33,176 nt of DNA from Bigelowiella natans CCMP2755. Taxonomy: Eukaryota; Protista; Cercozoa. Under the pieces are notes generated by a model. The model was not told the DNA's origin. It did not search any database and saw only the letters and a program-made list of their open reading frames with translations. Every line of letters begins with the position of its first letter. Positions within the stretch are counted from its first letter, which is position 1. A program made the position numbers and the translations under genes. Of the stretch, positions 1 through 12,275 are shown one piece after another. Location: contig ADNK01000130.1 of assembly GCA_000320545.1 (NCBI GenBank), positions 1 to 33,176 on the forward strand. Direction: 5' to 3'.

Positions 1-62
1 AGGGGGAGGGGTAGGGTAGTAGTAGTATGTATAGATATATATTTAAACTAACACACACAACA

Positions 63-111
<49 letters not shown>

Positions 112-138
112 AGATAATTGGGATGGAGATATTTGTAC

Positions 139-1009
139 CCATTCGATATCCCTCTTCTGGTGTGCTGCATGAACAGCCTCGGCCTCGCTTTCAGCGTCAG
201 CCCCGCCCGTCTCCCCGCCTCCTTTCTCCCCCCCTTCAAACTCAACACTGCCGCTCTTTCTCCCTTGCTGCTGAATCGATTTTGCCAAACGGCCAAGATG
301 CAAAGACTCCCACTCTTCATGTTGATCATAAGGGTACTCGCTATTGTCTGCCTCCGCCCCCCGCGTAATTCTTCCCCATTTCCTTCCTCTCCTCCGAGCC
401 GCCCGAACAATAACAGCTGATTGAGCTGCAAAGACAAGGTCTCTTGTGGTCGCTTTCGCACCGCCGTCCAATAGCACTTCCTGGCACTGAAGTCCCTTCA
501 TCAGCCATCGTGCTGCTTCTGAATTGCTTGCTTCGATGCTGTTAAAATTGCTGCCTCCCCCTTTGCCAACTGGTATGTTTCTTCTGTAAATATCAGCTAC
601 ATTGCCTTTCGCGCCAGATGAGGAGGAGGAGGAGGAGGAGGAGGAGGAGGAGGAGGCAGATGTAGCCGTTTCTTGTCTTGTGTTAAACTCCATTCCTTTG
701 ATTATTAGAGGGTTTGGCGATGTTTGGAGAGTTATATATAGTGTGTGTGTCTATGTTGTTTCTGTTGTAGTAGTATTAGTAGTAGAAGTAAGTAGTGGTG
801 GTGGTGGTGGTGGTGGTAGGGGGGTCTTAAAAAGGGCCACAGAGATAGGACTTCGTGGAATGCCAACAACAGTAGTAGAAGTACCGAGGAGCTATTAAAT
901 TCTCACTCTTTCCGAGCGATAATAGCCATCAATCGTTCGTGTTTCCTTGCCATTACTACAAGCTGCTCACATACTGCGAGGCTTTTCTTTAGTTATTCTA
1001 GTGCGCTGC

Positions 1010-1056
<47 letters not shown>

Positions 1057-1917
1057 CCTCTCTCATTCACTCGCAGCACTGACCGTATGGGCTCGTCCCC
1101 TCCCAGGCTGCAGCTAGATCATCCGTAGTGAGGCAGGTGGACAAAACATCGTCGGGGGGAGATCCTGCCAGTAGTGGTACCAAGACGGCAGCGCATTTTG
1201 GCTGCTTGGCCTGTTGTTGATTACCAGTGTTAGTTGTTGCGCACGATGATGGTGATGATGATGATGATGATGACAGGTAGGCGCATAGGCCCCAATGAGG
1301 CAGAAAATTATGGATTATTTCATTTTAAGAGCAGCAGATATGACAGTATCTGACTGAAGCAGCGGCACCACAATCACCATAATCAGCACCACCGCAAGCA
1401 GCATCACGACTACACACATGGACGCCCACGTAGTGCCTAAAGCACAGCTACTTGACACTTATTGCCGCCATTGTTGACCTGACAGGCCAGGGTGAGAAGC
1501 CCCGTAAGCCGATCAGGGTCTACTCGAGGTGCAAGTTGCTTCAGCGCATTTGAGTTCCCGGTGCTAGCTGCCACCACCGCAGCTTCAAAGCACGTCGGCT
1601 CACGCAACGAGCTATTTCCTAAGTGTGAAGAAGAGTGGTCTATCATCATTATCATCACCACCACCACCACCACCATTTGCTATTTGAATAGCAGCCGCAA
1701 AGTAGTACCGTCAAGGTGAAGTAGCGCATTTACTGCTCGCTCGGAGTTCTTTGCTACAGCGACGACGAGAGGCGTATCTCCTTTTGCATTGCGAAGCTCA
1801 GCCAGATCCCGTACCAGTGTGCCGTTGCGCGGGTCTCTCTACAAACCGATGGGATGTAAGTAAATCAACTCGGGGAAGCTTAACTACTCATTTGGAGCTG
1901 GGGGGCAGGGGGGGGGG

Positions 1918-1968
<51 letters not shown>

Positions 1969-4900
1969 TGCTGCTGAGCATATGTCACCTTGCGGAGTTG
2001 GTCAAGCAAGAACTCGATTGTACCAGCAACTATAGCATCTGTTCCTACGAAGGAATTCAGCAAACCAATAGGCATCATCCATCAAAAGACTCACATGGAC
2101 TGTCCACGAAACCGCACCCACGTTCTTGTTTCACGACACTATTCGTGGGAGATTATTGTTTCGAATTCTGTTTAACACAAACCATGGCCTGGTATATCAC
2201 CATCATCATCATCATCATCATCATCGTCGTCATTATCATCGACGCCAATCTTCATGAGGAATCATGCTCTCACCTCCAGCAGCAATGTGTAGCGGGGTAG
2301 CACCGAAAATATCAACCTTCCGCATCGTCTCTTCAACTCCCAAATGATCCATCAGCGCCAGTACAGACGCCTTAGATTATTGAAATGAAATTGAGAATCG
2401 AGGGGGCGGGAGAGATAGGGGGGGGGGGGGGGGGGGGGGGGCTTAAAAAAAAAACCTTCTTCCCCCCCAAAAAACCCCAGGCGGGGGGGAGGGGCCCTTT
2501 AGGCCCCCATATCAAACTCAGGCCCCTCTTCTAGCAGAGGGAACAATACGCGGGGAAGGTTGCACCACGCTGCCTTTGTTAACAGAGTACGGCCCACATC
2601 CGTTTTATCGTTCACATTTCCCCCTTCAGTACATAAAAGGGGGGGTGGGGGGGGGGGTGTCAGATGTGTAGCATGGTGAATGATGAAGCGAGGAGAAGGA
2701 GCAGTTGGAGTTGATATAAGTAGTACCCGTGCGATATGAGGAATTCTACGTTATCGAATCCCCCCCCAGCAATAGCCCAGTAACTGATGGAAAGGAGGAT
2801 TGTTCGTCGTGTGAGCACAGAAGACTTGAGGAATTAGAAGCAGCACAAGCTGCGGGTAGGCTGCCATCATATACTATGAGCCACCAACAGCACCATCGCC
2901 ATCATCACCATTATCATCGTTATCGTTATCATTATCATCGTTACTATCCTCACTCTAACTCGCATATCATCACACATCATCAGCACGGAGCACACGCTAG
3001 GACGCTCTCCAACATTAGAAACGATTACAGCGGCGATCGTCCGTTCAAATCGCGCGCAAATAGCTGCGACGATAGCTCTGGGTTGGGGGGATAATCCGGT
3101 TGGCCTTGTTCTTCTTTTTCTCCGTCTTCTTCTTCCTGGAAATTGTCTCCATCATCTCCTGCCCCTGCCCCTTTGAAGAATGCGAGGCACTGCGCGCAGC
3201 CGCTAAATGCAGCAAAGTGGACTGGGAGAATGCCGTTGAATAGGCCCAGGCCTTCACGAGTCATGGATGATGACGACGACGACGACGACGACGACGACGA
3301 TGATATAGCTGTTTGTGAAAGCACCTCCCTTGCTTCATTCTTCTCCTCCCCTCTTTCCTCTCCATCTGGTATCATTTTATTCTCGCCTGACGAGTCTCCG
3401 TTTATTCTGCTGTAGCTACTAGGGAAGGTTATTCGCCTACATTCCTCATCGACTATCGTGCTCATAAGCGACACACCGCAGCAACAGCTGCAGGAAGCAG
3501 CGGAAGGATCTTTCAAAGACGATGATGATGGTGGTGGAGATGAGGAGGAGGAGGAGGAGGAGGAGGAGGAGGAGGAGATGGTAGGGGACTTTGCTGCTAG
3601 ATAACCCGCCTCGCGCATTAACGAATATTCTAGTGAGTTGTTTCAAAGAGATGATAGTGCAGAGAGAAGTATTAATTATCATCTTCATCACCATCATCAT
3701 CATCATCCTCGAAATTTGTTGATTATCATTATAAGAGGCATGTCTATATGCTGCATATGAAATGCTTATTTTCACCAGCATCCATCATTTTTCCAGGCAG
3801 GCGTAAAGGAGATTTGTTAACAAACGAACGAGACCTCTGCTTTTCGTCACCTTCCTCCTTTACTCTCCATCTCTTCCTCCTCTTTTTTTTTTTTTCCCTT
3901 CTTCTTCTTCTTCTTCTTCTTCTTCTTCTTCTTCTCACGAAGTATTAGCATTCACATCATCATCATCATCAGCATCATCATCATCATCAGTATGCACATA
4001 ACGTGGCCACCACCTTTCGATCGCATATACCCCTTCCGCATCTCTCGATGATTAGCACTCTTCTTACTCTTGATATTGCCTATTCGGTTGTTGTTGTTGT
4101 TGTTACTATGGCCGCCGCTCTGTCCCTTCTTTCTCTCCGGGTTCCCGCCACTACTCCCTGCTACAGGGGAGCACGCTAATGCCGCTAGATGCAGAGGACT
4201 CAAACCGACGATCGACGTCAGGCCATCATCCAGCAGATGCTGATGCTGAAGCTGCTCATCAATATCACCATCCTCATCGCCCTCACTTTGCAGAGGAAGA
4301 TGGTGATTGCTGCTCCCGGTAGACGATGACGAAGACATAGGATCTGTGCAGTCGGTTGGCAACAAAGCAGCAGCATCCTCGCTATGGTCATCTCCTCGCC
4401 CCCCTTCCGTTAAGGACCATTGCATATGCAATGCCTCCTGGAGAGCCGCACGGTCACGCGTACGGATAGCCTCTAAAATAGCCGAAATGCTTCTGCTCGA
4501 TGCACTACTGCCGCTGCCAAGGCTGTCAACGCCTTCACTGCACAAAGAAACTCCTGGTAAGTGGGAAGATAGCAAATCTCCTTTCAGGCGGTTATTTCCT
4601 CCAACGACGGCGGGCTCGCCTCCTATAAGAAGCAATCGTCAGAACAGAATCAGATATGGGGATAGGACCAGATGAGGGGGTATTATACAACAACGGAAAG
4701 GTAAATTCTACGAAGGTGCAGCATGTCCTGCTGTTTGCTGCTACTGCTGTAGGGAGGCGTGGTATTGATGATGGATGTTGCTGCTGGACAACACGCCACT
4801 GAATCCGACGATGGGTGAAAACATTTCAACTCATCAAAACGCTCATAATTTATATCGAAGCATCATTTTGTATATATTGCGTGTTTGTCCTTTTTTCTCT

Positions 4901-5684
4901 TCTTCTTCTTTTTCCTTTTTCTCCTTCCTCCTGTATCCTCCCCTTCATCCCTTCATCCTACAGCAAGGAAAATACCGGCAATGTCATTGCTACTGCTGCG
5001 AGCTTTCCTCCTCCCCCCCCCCTGATTTTCTTGATCCCGAAGGGCAAGCGGCTCTTCACTGCCGCTCTGGAAAACGATGATATGACGCACACGCCCCTCG
5101 CCATGCGACTTCGAGCATAGACCCAGCCGCTCGCACTCTTGGTGGATGATCTTGCGCTCCCAACCTGATGATTGCGACCATTCGCCATGATGATGTCACG
5201 GCAATAGGAGAAGAAGAAGAAGAAGAAGAAGAAGAAGAAGAAGGAAAAAAAGGGGCGGGGGGAGGGAAGGAGGAGGAGGAGGAGGAGGAGGAGGAGGAGG
5301 AGAAAGACGAGGAGGACGAAGGACCGAAACAAAACACATCAAACAGCACAGCAAAGGCGGGGGTGCACCTCGAAGACGGCGTGGATACGACATAGAGGTC
5401 TGCTCATCATCGAGACGCCCAAGCATAGCTTTTCCCATCGCTGGAGCCATTTTCTTGTTCCTAATCCTGCTTACCCCCCCCTTCCCATTCCCCTTCTTTC
5501 TTGCTTCCTCCCTCGCTTCAAGGTGCTGCGCCAGCCACAGCAGCTCACTTTCAATCTGTTTCAATCAAATTGCCATGGGTACTATTGCTCACAAAACAGA
5601 TCTGGAAACGCACACTTCGTGAGGCAAAAGTAGTAACTTGCTCGAAAATACTGCATAATTTATCATCTTTTTATTATTACTTTA

Positions 5685-5723
<39 letters not shown>

Positions 5724-6747
5724 CACATGTATATATCTGTGGTCATCATCAATACCCGTTTTCGAAACTTCTGCGATCGGATGTTGTTAGAATTCGATGC
5801 ATCCTTACACTGCCAAGACAGGTGTCCTTCCTCGCCACACAAGTAGCATATCTTTGTTGCTGCCCCCTCCTTACCGAGGGCTATCTCGCTGCTGCGTGTA
5901 CCCGTTTGGGAGGATGATGCAGGAAGCTTCTTCTCCGCCTGTCAAACAGAAGACAAGGGGGGGGAGGAGGAGGAGGAGGAGGAGAAGGAGGAGGGGAGGA
6001 GGAGGGGAGACGAGGAAGAAAACGTAGAAAGAAGAAACGAATTGATAATTTACATTTGGTCAAAAGAGGAAAAGAGAGCAGGGGGGTAACGTAGCCGAAA
6101 CTTAAGTGACGCTTACCTTCGTGGTTGTTTCATTTCCCCGCAGTTGTTGCACTGGAGTGGATTTGCCAACCTCAGAAGGGCGATTCTGATCAGCACTCGT
6201 CGTCACCATCGAACGCCGCTGAAACGCACTGTTTTCCAGGGGTCCTCCTCTGAGCTGTAGGTTCGCACCTCGTCTAAGTCGGACATTCATAATTACTCCT
6301 ATTCCACCGCCACTTGCTGCTGTGCCTGTGAAGAGACCACCCCCAAGCTGATGAGCTGATAATCCTCTCATTGATGAGAGACGGCTTGCGGATAACGGTG
6401 GAGTTCTGCCATGCTTTAGCACGATTCTTCCGCTACTGCTGCCGCCGAGTAGAGCTGTCAATGAAATATGGTATGGAATTATTCACGAGGGTGAACGAAT
6501 ATCAAACCGCATCGAGAATCTGCATTTTGAATGGGAAAATTATCACTCTGATTGCTATTCTGCCTAGGTTAGTGCAATGTCGATTAAATCAACCTCCTCC
6601 TCTCCTCATTGAGGTACTGGATAGATGTGAAATGTAGCAGGAAAGGAACACAAAGAATAGCAGGCCACTTCTGACAATTGAAGTTTTTCGACAGTGTTGG
6701 CTCCTCTCCCTTCTTAGACTGGCTGTAGGTCGTATCGGCTGCCGCAT
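139..6747 (-). CDS. Multi-exon protein: signal peptide + transit-like leader, CCHC zinc knuckle, R3H domain, multiple ankyrin repeats (3' end off-window)
   Basis: Phase-consistent GT-AG exons: 6747-6594 (MRQPIRP...GLLFFVFLSCYISHLS), 6454-6117 (Ser/Arg/Gly-rich, contains LQLRGG), 5938-5756 (CYLCGEEGHLSWQC), 5555-5369 and 5164-4976 (SYPRRLRGWERKIIHQECERLGLCSKSHGEGRVRHIIV). Ankyrin-type segments follow: GLSPLHLAA (~4180), GILPVHFAA and DLNGRSPL (3030-3240), DVGRTLLTKAA (~2580), DIFGATPLHIAA (~2290), AKGDTPLVVAV (~1770). The last visible exon ends at a donor at 138. Downstream junctions are less certain. Confidence 0.8.
5075..5400 (-). other. R3H single-stranded nucleic acid-binding domain (split by intron 5368-5165)
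   Basis: Spliced peptide SMSYPRRLRGWERKIIHQECERLGLCSKSHGEGRVRHIIV contains RxxxH followed by GLxSxSxGEGxxRxxxV. Confidence 0.85.
5807..5848 (-). other. CCHC zinc knuckle (CX2CX4HX4C)
   Basis: Translates to C-YL-C-GEEG-H-LSWQ-C, an exact match to the zinc knuckle spacing with the typical G-H. Confidence 0.9.
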
Positions 6748-6962
6748 GAATAGTCGTGACGAATGATGATTGCAGACTATTCGAGGGAATGATACTAAAC
6801 GGCAGTTTGAGCAGTTGCCGAGCTGCTTCCGGCCTTTAGGTTCTACCTGGTGTAAAATAGTTCCGTAAGTGGAAAATTTAGGAGCTTCACACACCTACAG
6901 GCGCGATCATGATGCAAATCATGGCTGCCTAGAGCCCCACACTCGCATCAACAACAGTTCAT

Positions 6963-7889
6963 GTGTCCAAACAGAGGGACATGTGGGAGAGGTTTTGGCT
7001 CATGGCACAGACCAGGCGATGGCAGGTCGACGAATGGTGTACGGATACGTGTGAGCAGCCTCCTGCACCTCAGCGGATTCGATTGAGAACTGAAACAAAT
7101 GCAGGACCTCTTTCCCCCTGCGACATGATAATTGGCATGGTGAAAGCCGCGTTTGGTGTCTTTTTTTTATCCGAGATCAGTTTTGTTTGTGAGAGGAAAT
7201 AAGCCTGTTCTGTATGTGCGACATTCTTGAATTCTTGTCGCAGATTTTGCCAATCTTCCTCGCCCGAGGAGGGGGATCCGCAACTCCGCCGTGCAGAATG
7301 GAATCGCTTCATTCAATCATTCATTCAGCAAGCAAGAGAGGAACTGACCTGGAAGTATGTGATCGAAGAGATATTTTTATATCTGTTGTTGTGTACATTC
7401 AACCAAGATGATTACAGCCACCCGCAAGGGCGGGGTCCGTTAAGGATCCTGTACAGCAATTGCTTTGCTTACCTAGCTCTCCGGGCACAGTTCGGCGAGC
7501 CTAATTTTTAAAGAGGGGCCTGTGCCCCACCCAAATGATAGAAACAAACTCAAAGTACATTAAGCAAGTTTCCACAGCATTCGAGCTACGTATCAATTGA
7601 CGTGGTGGCCGTGTTTGGGAACACTCCGGCCATCGCGGTTGCTTCACGAACCAGGAATCATGCACGATGTACCTGGAATTGATATGTACGATGGGCCATG
7701 CGCAGGTATTACTTTTGTGAGGATCTTCGTTTGCCAGAAAGCAGGCTAGCCTGCTGTCTATCGAAACCCGATGGTGAAGGCTATGCAGGTGAAGATCGAG
7801 GAGATAAATTTTCTATCGTTGGAAAGGAGCACACATTCACACAAATGGAATTTTGGGTAATTAGCTCAATGAGTCATTGCGCTAACTAA
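6963..7889 (+). CDS. Hypothetical multi-exon protein, divergent from the ankyrin gene; boundaries uncertain
   Basis: Several complex, non-repetitive ORF segments (MWERFWLMAQTRRWQVDEW..., RRAEWNRFIQSFIQQAREELTWK, HPQGRGPLRILYSNCFAYLAL) bounded by plausible GT/AG sites. No family recognised. Confidence 0.35.
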
Positions 7890-7899
7890 GATCATCTAC

Positions 7900-9200
7900 A
7901 CCGAAAGATTCTCGCTAGGGCCATAGGGACTAATATGCAATGCTCGCAATGCGATGGAAAACGCACAGTCCAATCGTTCTAGCATTTGTTTTCATGCACT
8001 CATTGTGCACAAACATACCGCTGTAGCGCTGAATGACACTGTCTATTATCTGAGTGGTGTTCGTGATTCGTGAAGCAGCCACCATCCATCATGCTCACTT
8101 AGATGTGCCTGCATTTGCAGATCGATAACTGTCACATAACACTGCAATGTGCATGAGTTTTTGAATCTCACGACATTGCCAATGCTCATGGCAATGGTCT
8201 CCTTGTCACATCCTGTGCACGTGATGTATGTGCATCATAGACAACGTAACATGATGTGCATGTTGCACATGTGATGCTACTATCTAGCTATGTCTGTCAT
8301 GCGCTAAGCGTCAGGACTAGAAAGGTATTACTCGATTGTCTCGCCTCGCGGCGCGCGCAGCTGAATCGTCTGCGCTGGCAATGATGAACGCGTTTGATTG
8401 ATGGCGACGATGCAGGTAGCATGCAAGAGAGCTACGTACAGAGGAAGCATGACATACAGATCACATTGAGCCCATTGCTGTACACGCTAGCAACGCATGC
8501 GTCATCAAATCCTTCTGGACTTGCACATGTCATGTGCATGACGTGCTGTGTGTCGAGCACGCATGGCCTCGCAGGCATATTCACGCACGCATACGCGAGG
8601 GTTAGTTCACGCGTACGTGATCATTCGATCGGTGCGTGCAGCCACCGCTAGACCGTGCAAGCAAGGGTCCAGGCATCCGCCGTAGTACTGTGCATCTATT
8701 TTTTTAGGGAAAAAATTTGAAAAATCATTTTCAATGCAATTAATTACACTGCATGTCAATTGCAATGAGCAGTACAAACTTTGTGCTGCGATACCTGCGT
8801 TGTGTCAGTGCGTGCACGCGGACTGAACTGCGCAGGTAGTGCCACATCTACTAACAACACATAACAATGCAATGTCCGCTGAGCGACATGCACAGCAGGT
8901 TAATTTCAGTGGTAGGACTAGTGCTGGATGCCTACCGATACTCCGAGCATGATGAGCTGATTCAGTGAGTGTGGGCTTTGCTAATGGTGATCGCAAACAA
9001 TGCTATTTCACGTGCTTCATAGCCCTAGTACGTGTGCTATGTCCATTTGATTTTTTGTCAGCGGATGTTCTACACACTGATCTCATATGTCATTGAGTGC
9101 TCAATGGACACGCTGTATCTGTTGTGCAAAATATTGATATTTACCAAATACTCCAAATTGTAGATTGTCCAACTCTAATACTGTCCATCAGGCTGAATCT
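7900..9200. repeat. Tract rich in TGCA/CATG/CTAG and alternating purine-pyrimidine runs (probable deaminated, degenerate repeat or TE remnant)
   Basis: Dense tgca, catg, gcac/gtgc and ctag words, no credible ORF and no microsatellites. It lies between convergent genes. Confidence 0.55.
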
Positions 9201-9263
9201 AAGTGATCATCAAATGCAAATCTTAACTCGACATGTTTCAATCGAGCTACACTTTCATAAAAA

Positions 9264-10046
9264 TTATGGTCGCAAAAACGATTCATGATTGTAGATATTG
9301 AGATGGTGCGAAGTGAACCGTAAGGAACCACTATGTGTAGACCGTTTTTGGGAAAATCGCGCGGGAACACCAAGCCCATTGACACTGGAGTGCTCACTAA
9401 AACGATAGAATTGCTGCTTTCCAGTGATCATTTCCGGTAGTTCCTCCTTCTCAAGGCAAAGCTCATTTCTCCAGACGCATTGAAGACAGGGACGGGTGGC
9501 ACAGCATCTTACTTTTCGCACACAGCAGCTTGCACAAGCCATGCCATTTGGGAGCCTTTTTGACCCTATCTTGCGAGGTCGTTTGCATCGTAGTTGCGGC
9601 ACAATACTTCGTGGGATGGTCTTTCTGATTTGTTTCTTTGTAGGTGGATATTCAAGACGTGCATGCTTGCAGGCGAGGAACCGCGTGAAGATTGTCATCT
9701 CATGTTTTTCGTTGCGTTCATGCACATCTTCCAATGGCACACCAAAATATTTTCGGTCCCTGTTTGCGCGTCGGAGTCGTGGTGCCATCCTGAATTTAGG
9801 GCATACGTCAGACGGCATCAATCGTCGTTTTCGCTTCGAACAGTGGGCGGCTTTGCCGATGGACTCTATCTCACTCCTGACAGTGGCATCTTGGAATTCC
9901 CAGTTGATTTTAGGGCTCATTCTGGCTTTGAGGGCAATTCTAGGCCGTTCATCATCTTTACTAGAAGACTCTATGGCAACATGTTCCCCCTGTAGCATAC
10001 ACGTTGCTTGCTGGTGGTCAGTCCCAAAGCTGTAGGGTGGATCCAT
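9264..10046 (-). CDS. Zn(II)2Cys6 (GAL4-type zinc cluster) domain protein, putative transcription factor
   Basis: The ORF contains CASCCVRKVRCCATRPCLQCVWRNELC at 9536-9456, matching CX2CX6CX5CX2CX6C with the conserved RK and P. It is preceded by a basic stretch (KRPRKIGSKR). The first in-frame ATG is at about 10046. An acceptor (ttttcacag) just upstream allows 5' exons. Confidence 0.8.
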   Translation of the reverse strand: MDPPYSFGTDHQQATCMLQGEHVAIESSSKDDERPRIALKARMSPKINWEFQDATVRSEIESIGKAAHCSKRKRRLMPSDVCPKFRMAPRLRRANRDRKYFGVPLEDVHERNEKHEMTIFTRFLACKHARLEYPPTKKQIRKTIPRSIVPQLRCKRPRKIGSKRLPNGMACASCCVRKVRCCATRPCLQCVWRNELCLEKEELPEMITGKQQFYRFSEHSSVNGLGVPARFSQKRSTHSGSLRFTSHHLNIYNHESFLRP

Positions 10047-11089
10047 GTCTCTTTGGTCTGTGAAAACGTAACTAAATTGCGCACAGGCTTCTCCCAAGAA
10101 AACCCGAGGATTTTTGCCCTTAGTGGCGCTCAGAAGCTTGGTTTAGGATCGAATCGACCGCGTCATGCTCCTGCTGTGTTTCGTTCCGGACTTCGATGGA
10201 CTTCCTTTCATCAAAAGAGTACGCCTTGTAACTAGCCGGAGAGCTTTCGGGTGCAAACACCTCCTTTCACGATCTGCGACATCGTTCATCTTACTTTTTT
10301 TAGCTTTTTCCGTGGCACAGGTCAAACGATGAAAAGGCGTTGGTGCTGATGGAAGTGGCTCAGGGAACGCCGTGAGAGTAGTTCCAACGAAGAACTAGAA
10401 AGCTGCACGATAACTAACTTGTCTCTCGAAGAAGTAGTTGAGGCACTCGTCAGACCTTCCCGGGATCTTGAGGGCCACGGGAATGCTGACTCACGCACCC
10501 CTGCTTCTGTTCTTGTCACACGCTGCGCTGGGACACATGGGTGGACCTCTTCTTTTCTGAGAACACACATCGTGATGAGGAACCGGTTCTTGCATGCCCC
10601 TCTGAAAACTTGTGAAAAAAGAGACGACTGATTCTCTCGTTTGCATGCCCCCTTTTTGGTCCCTCTGCCCGTCTAGCCGTGATGATCTCCCCTCTGGCCC
10701 TCCCCACCCGGCCGAGCACTTCCCATGCCATTGTGCACTGAGCCTGTCCACAAGCCGATGTTGTTGCAGCTTGGCCACTTCTAGACTTTGGATTCCGGAT
10801 GGGGTTTCTCCGCACCGATCACCGTCAACCTCGTGGTGAGGGCCTTTCATTTTTTGTGAAGCGCCTCCGGGTGCTTCCTCGTGCTGTGCGTGTTGCCGAC
10901 GTGCGTGCAGCTGATGATGTTGCCGCAGCCAGCAGCTTGAGGATCACGAGTTGGACAACCATCTTTCGTGTGATGTTGAGGTGAACACGACGTCTGTCAG
11001 AGAACAGTGAACAAAGCCCACAAAAATCAACAAATGGTGGTTGCAGACTGCACCGCCAGAACTCCACAATTTTCTTCCATCTCATCATC

Positions 11090-11390
11090 GTTTTGCAAAA
11101 GGCAAACAGTTGGGCGGCTCAATGATCAGACACAAAAATTGCTAGGTGTTGTGGCTGGCTGCACAAACTGAAACGCACGTGCGTGCGTGTTCACTGCACA
11201 CACGTGCCGCATTCACACGCATGCATGCACATGCCAGCATGCTAGGTCATGCACATGGCAATGCGATGCTCTAGTGCTAGCTAGCTTGTGCGTGTGTGCA
11301 CGGCTGCAGTAGCACAGTCTTGCATGACAGAGTGCACATGCATGAAAATCTGTTCAGGGACTGCAACAACTACAAACCACAAATTTGTCA
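11090..11390. repeat. Second TGCA/CATG/CTAG-rich tract
   Basis: Contains gcacgtgcgtgcgtg, gcatgcatgcacatgc and ctagtgctagctagc, the same composition as 7900-9200. Confidence 0.55.
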
Positions 11391-11792
11391 TCATTCGATT
11401 GATGGACTTCTTGGACACCACATCTTTAAGGTTTTTCCTTGCTTGTTAAGTGGGGGGGCAAGATAACTGGTGACAGAATTCCGATTTCGGAACAACGCGT
11501 CGCACTGCTGATGTACGTCAACGTCATCTAGAGCACTTCCAAGCCCAAACTCGTTTTTCATCTGAACAGTGTGCAACGCAAAATAAATGAAAGATGCACT
11601 CACAAAGTTGCGAGTGAAAAGCCGCTTGGGCAGACATCTATAGCATTTATTTGTTTCTCTCTCGAAGGAAAACGTCCCTAGCTACAAGCTAGTATCCCAC
11701 TCTCTTCCACCAAATTAATTATTGCCGGCGCTATCTTACGTCATCATGACGACTGTCACAGAATTCCTGTCACTTATACCCTCCTGCAAGTT

Positions 11793-12206
11793 CTATCTAG
11801 CAAGCAATAAAGTCATAATGGCAAATTTTACCCGGACCCACTCCGAAGGTGCAAGCGCTCCTTCAAGTAATCTCCAAAAAATCAGATGGAATACATTACT
11901 AATGAGCTTCTCGTAGCACCAAGAAACCTTCCTCGATTCCGGCATCGCAGTCTCAAATGGCAGTTTGCCGCTTTTGTTGGACACCGCGAGCTTCGTTCCA
12001 GGGGGCATTCTCCGACAGTAGGCCTGAAAGTGCGGTTTCATAGCCATCGTGAAGTGTAATATTCCTCTAGGATTCCGCCATCCCATGAAGATCTTGTCGA
12101 GCTTTGTTAGCCGTTTCGCGTACCACTGTCCAAGAAATTTGTTGTCGTAAGACCCGACCTAAATGGTGAAAGTCACAATAATTATTCCGATCTTTCTTTC
12201 GTTCTG

Positions 12207-12275
<69 letters not shown>

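Noticed and set aside
2401-2530. Poly-G followed by homopolymer-rich sequence, as a G-quadruplex element or telomere-like repeat
   Set aside because: It is intronic with no regular unit, and resembles low-quality base calls after a homopolymer. Probably an artefact.
9496-10035. Plus-strand 179-aa and 133-aa ORFs
   Set aside because: They are antisense to the Zn2Cys6 exon and have no motifs.
7900-11390. One composite transposon carrying the Zn2Cys6 gene between two tracts
   Set aside because: No terminal inverted repeats, LTRs, target-site duplication, transposase or RT motifs were found by eye. The flanks share composition, not alignable sequence.
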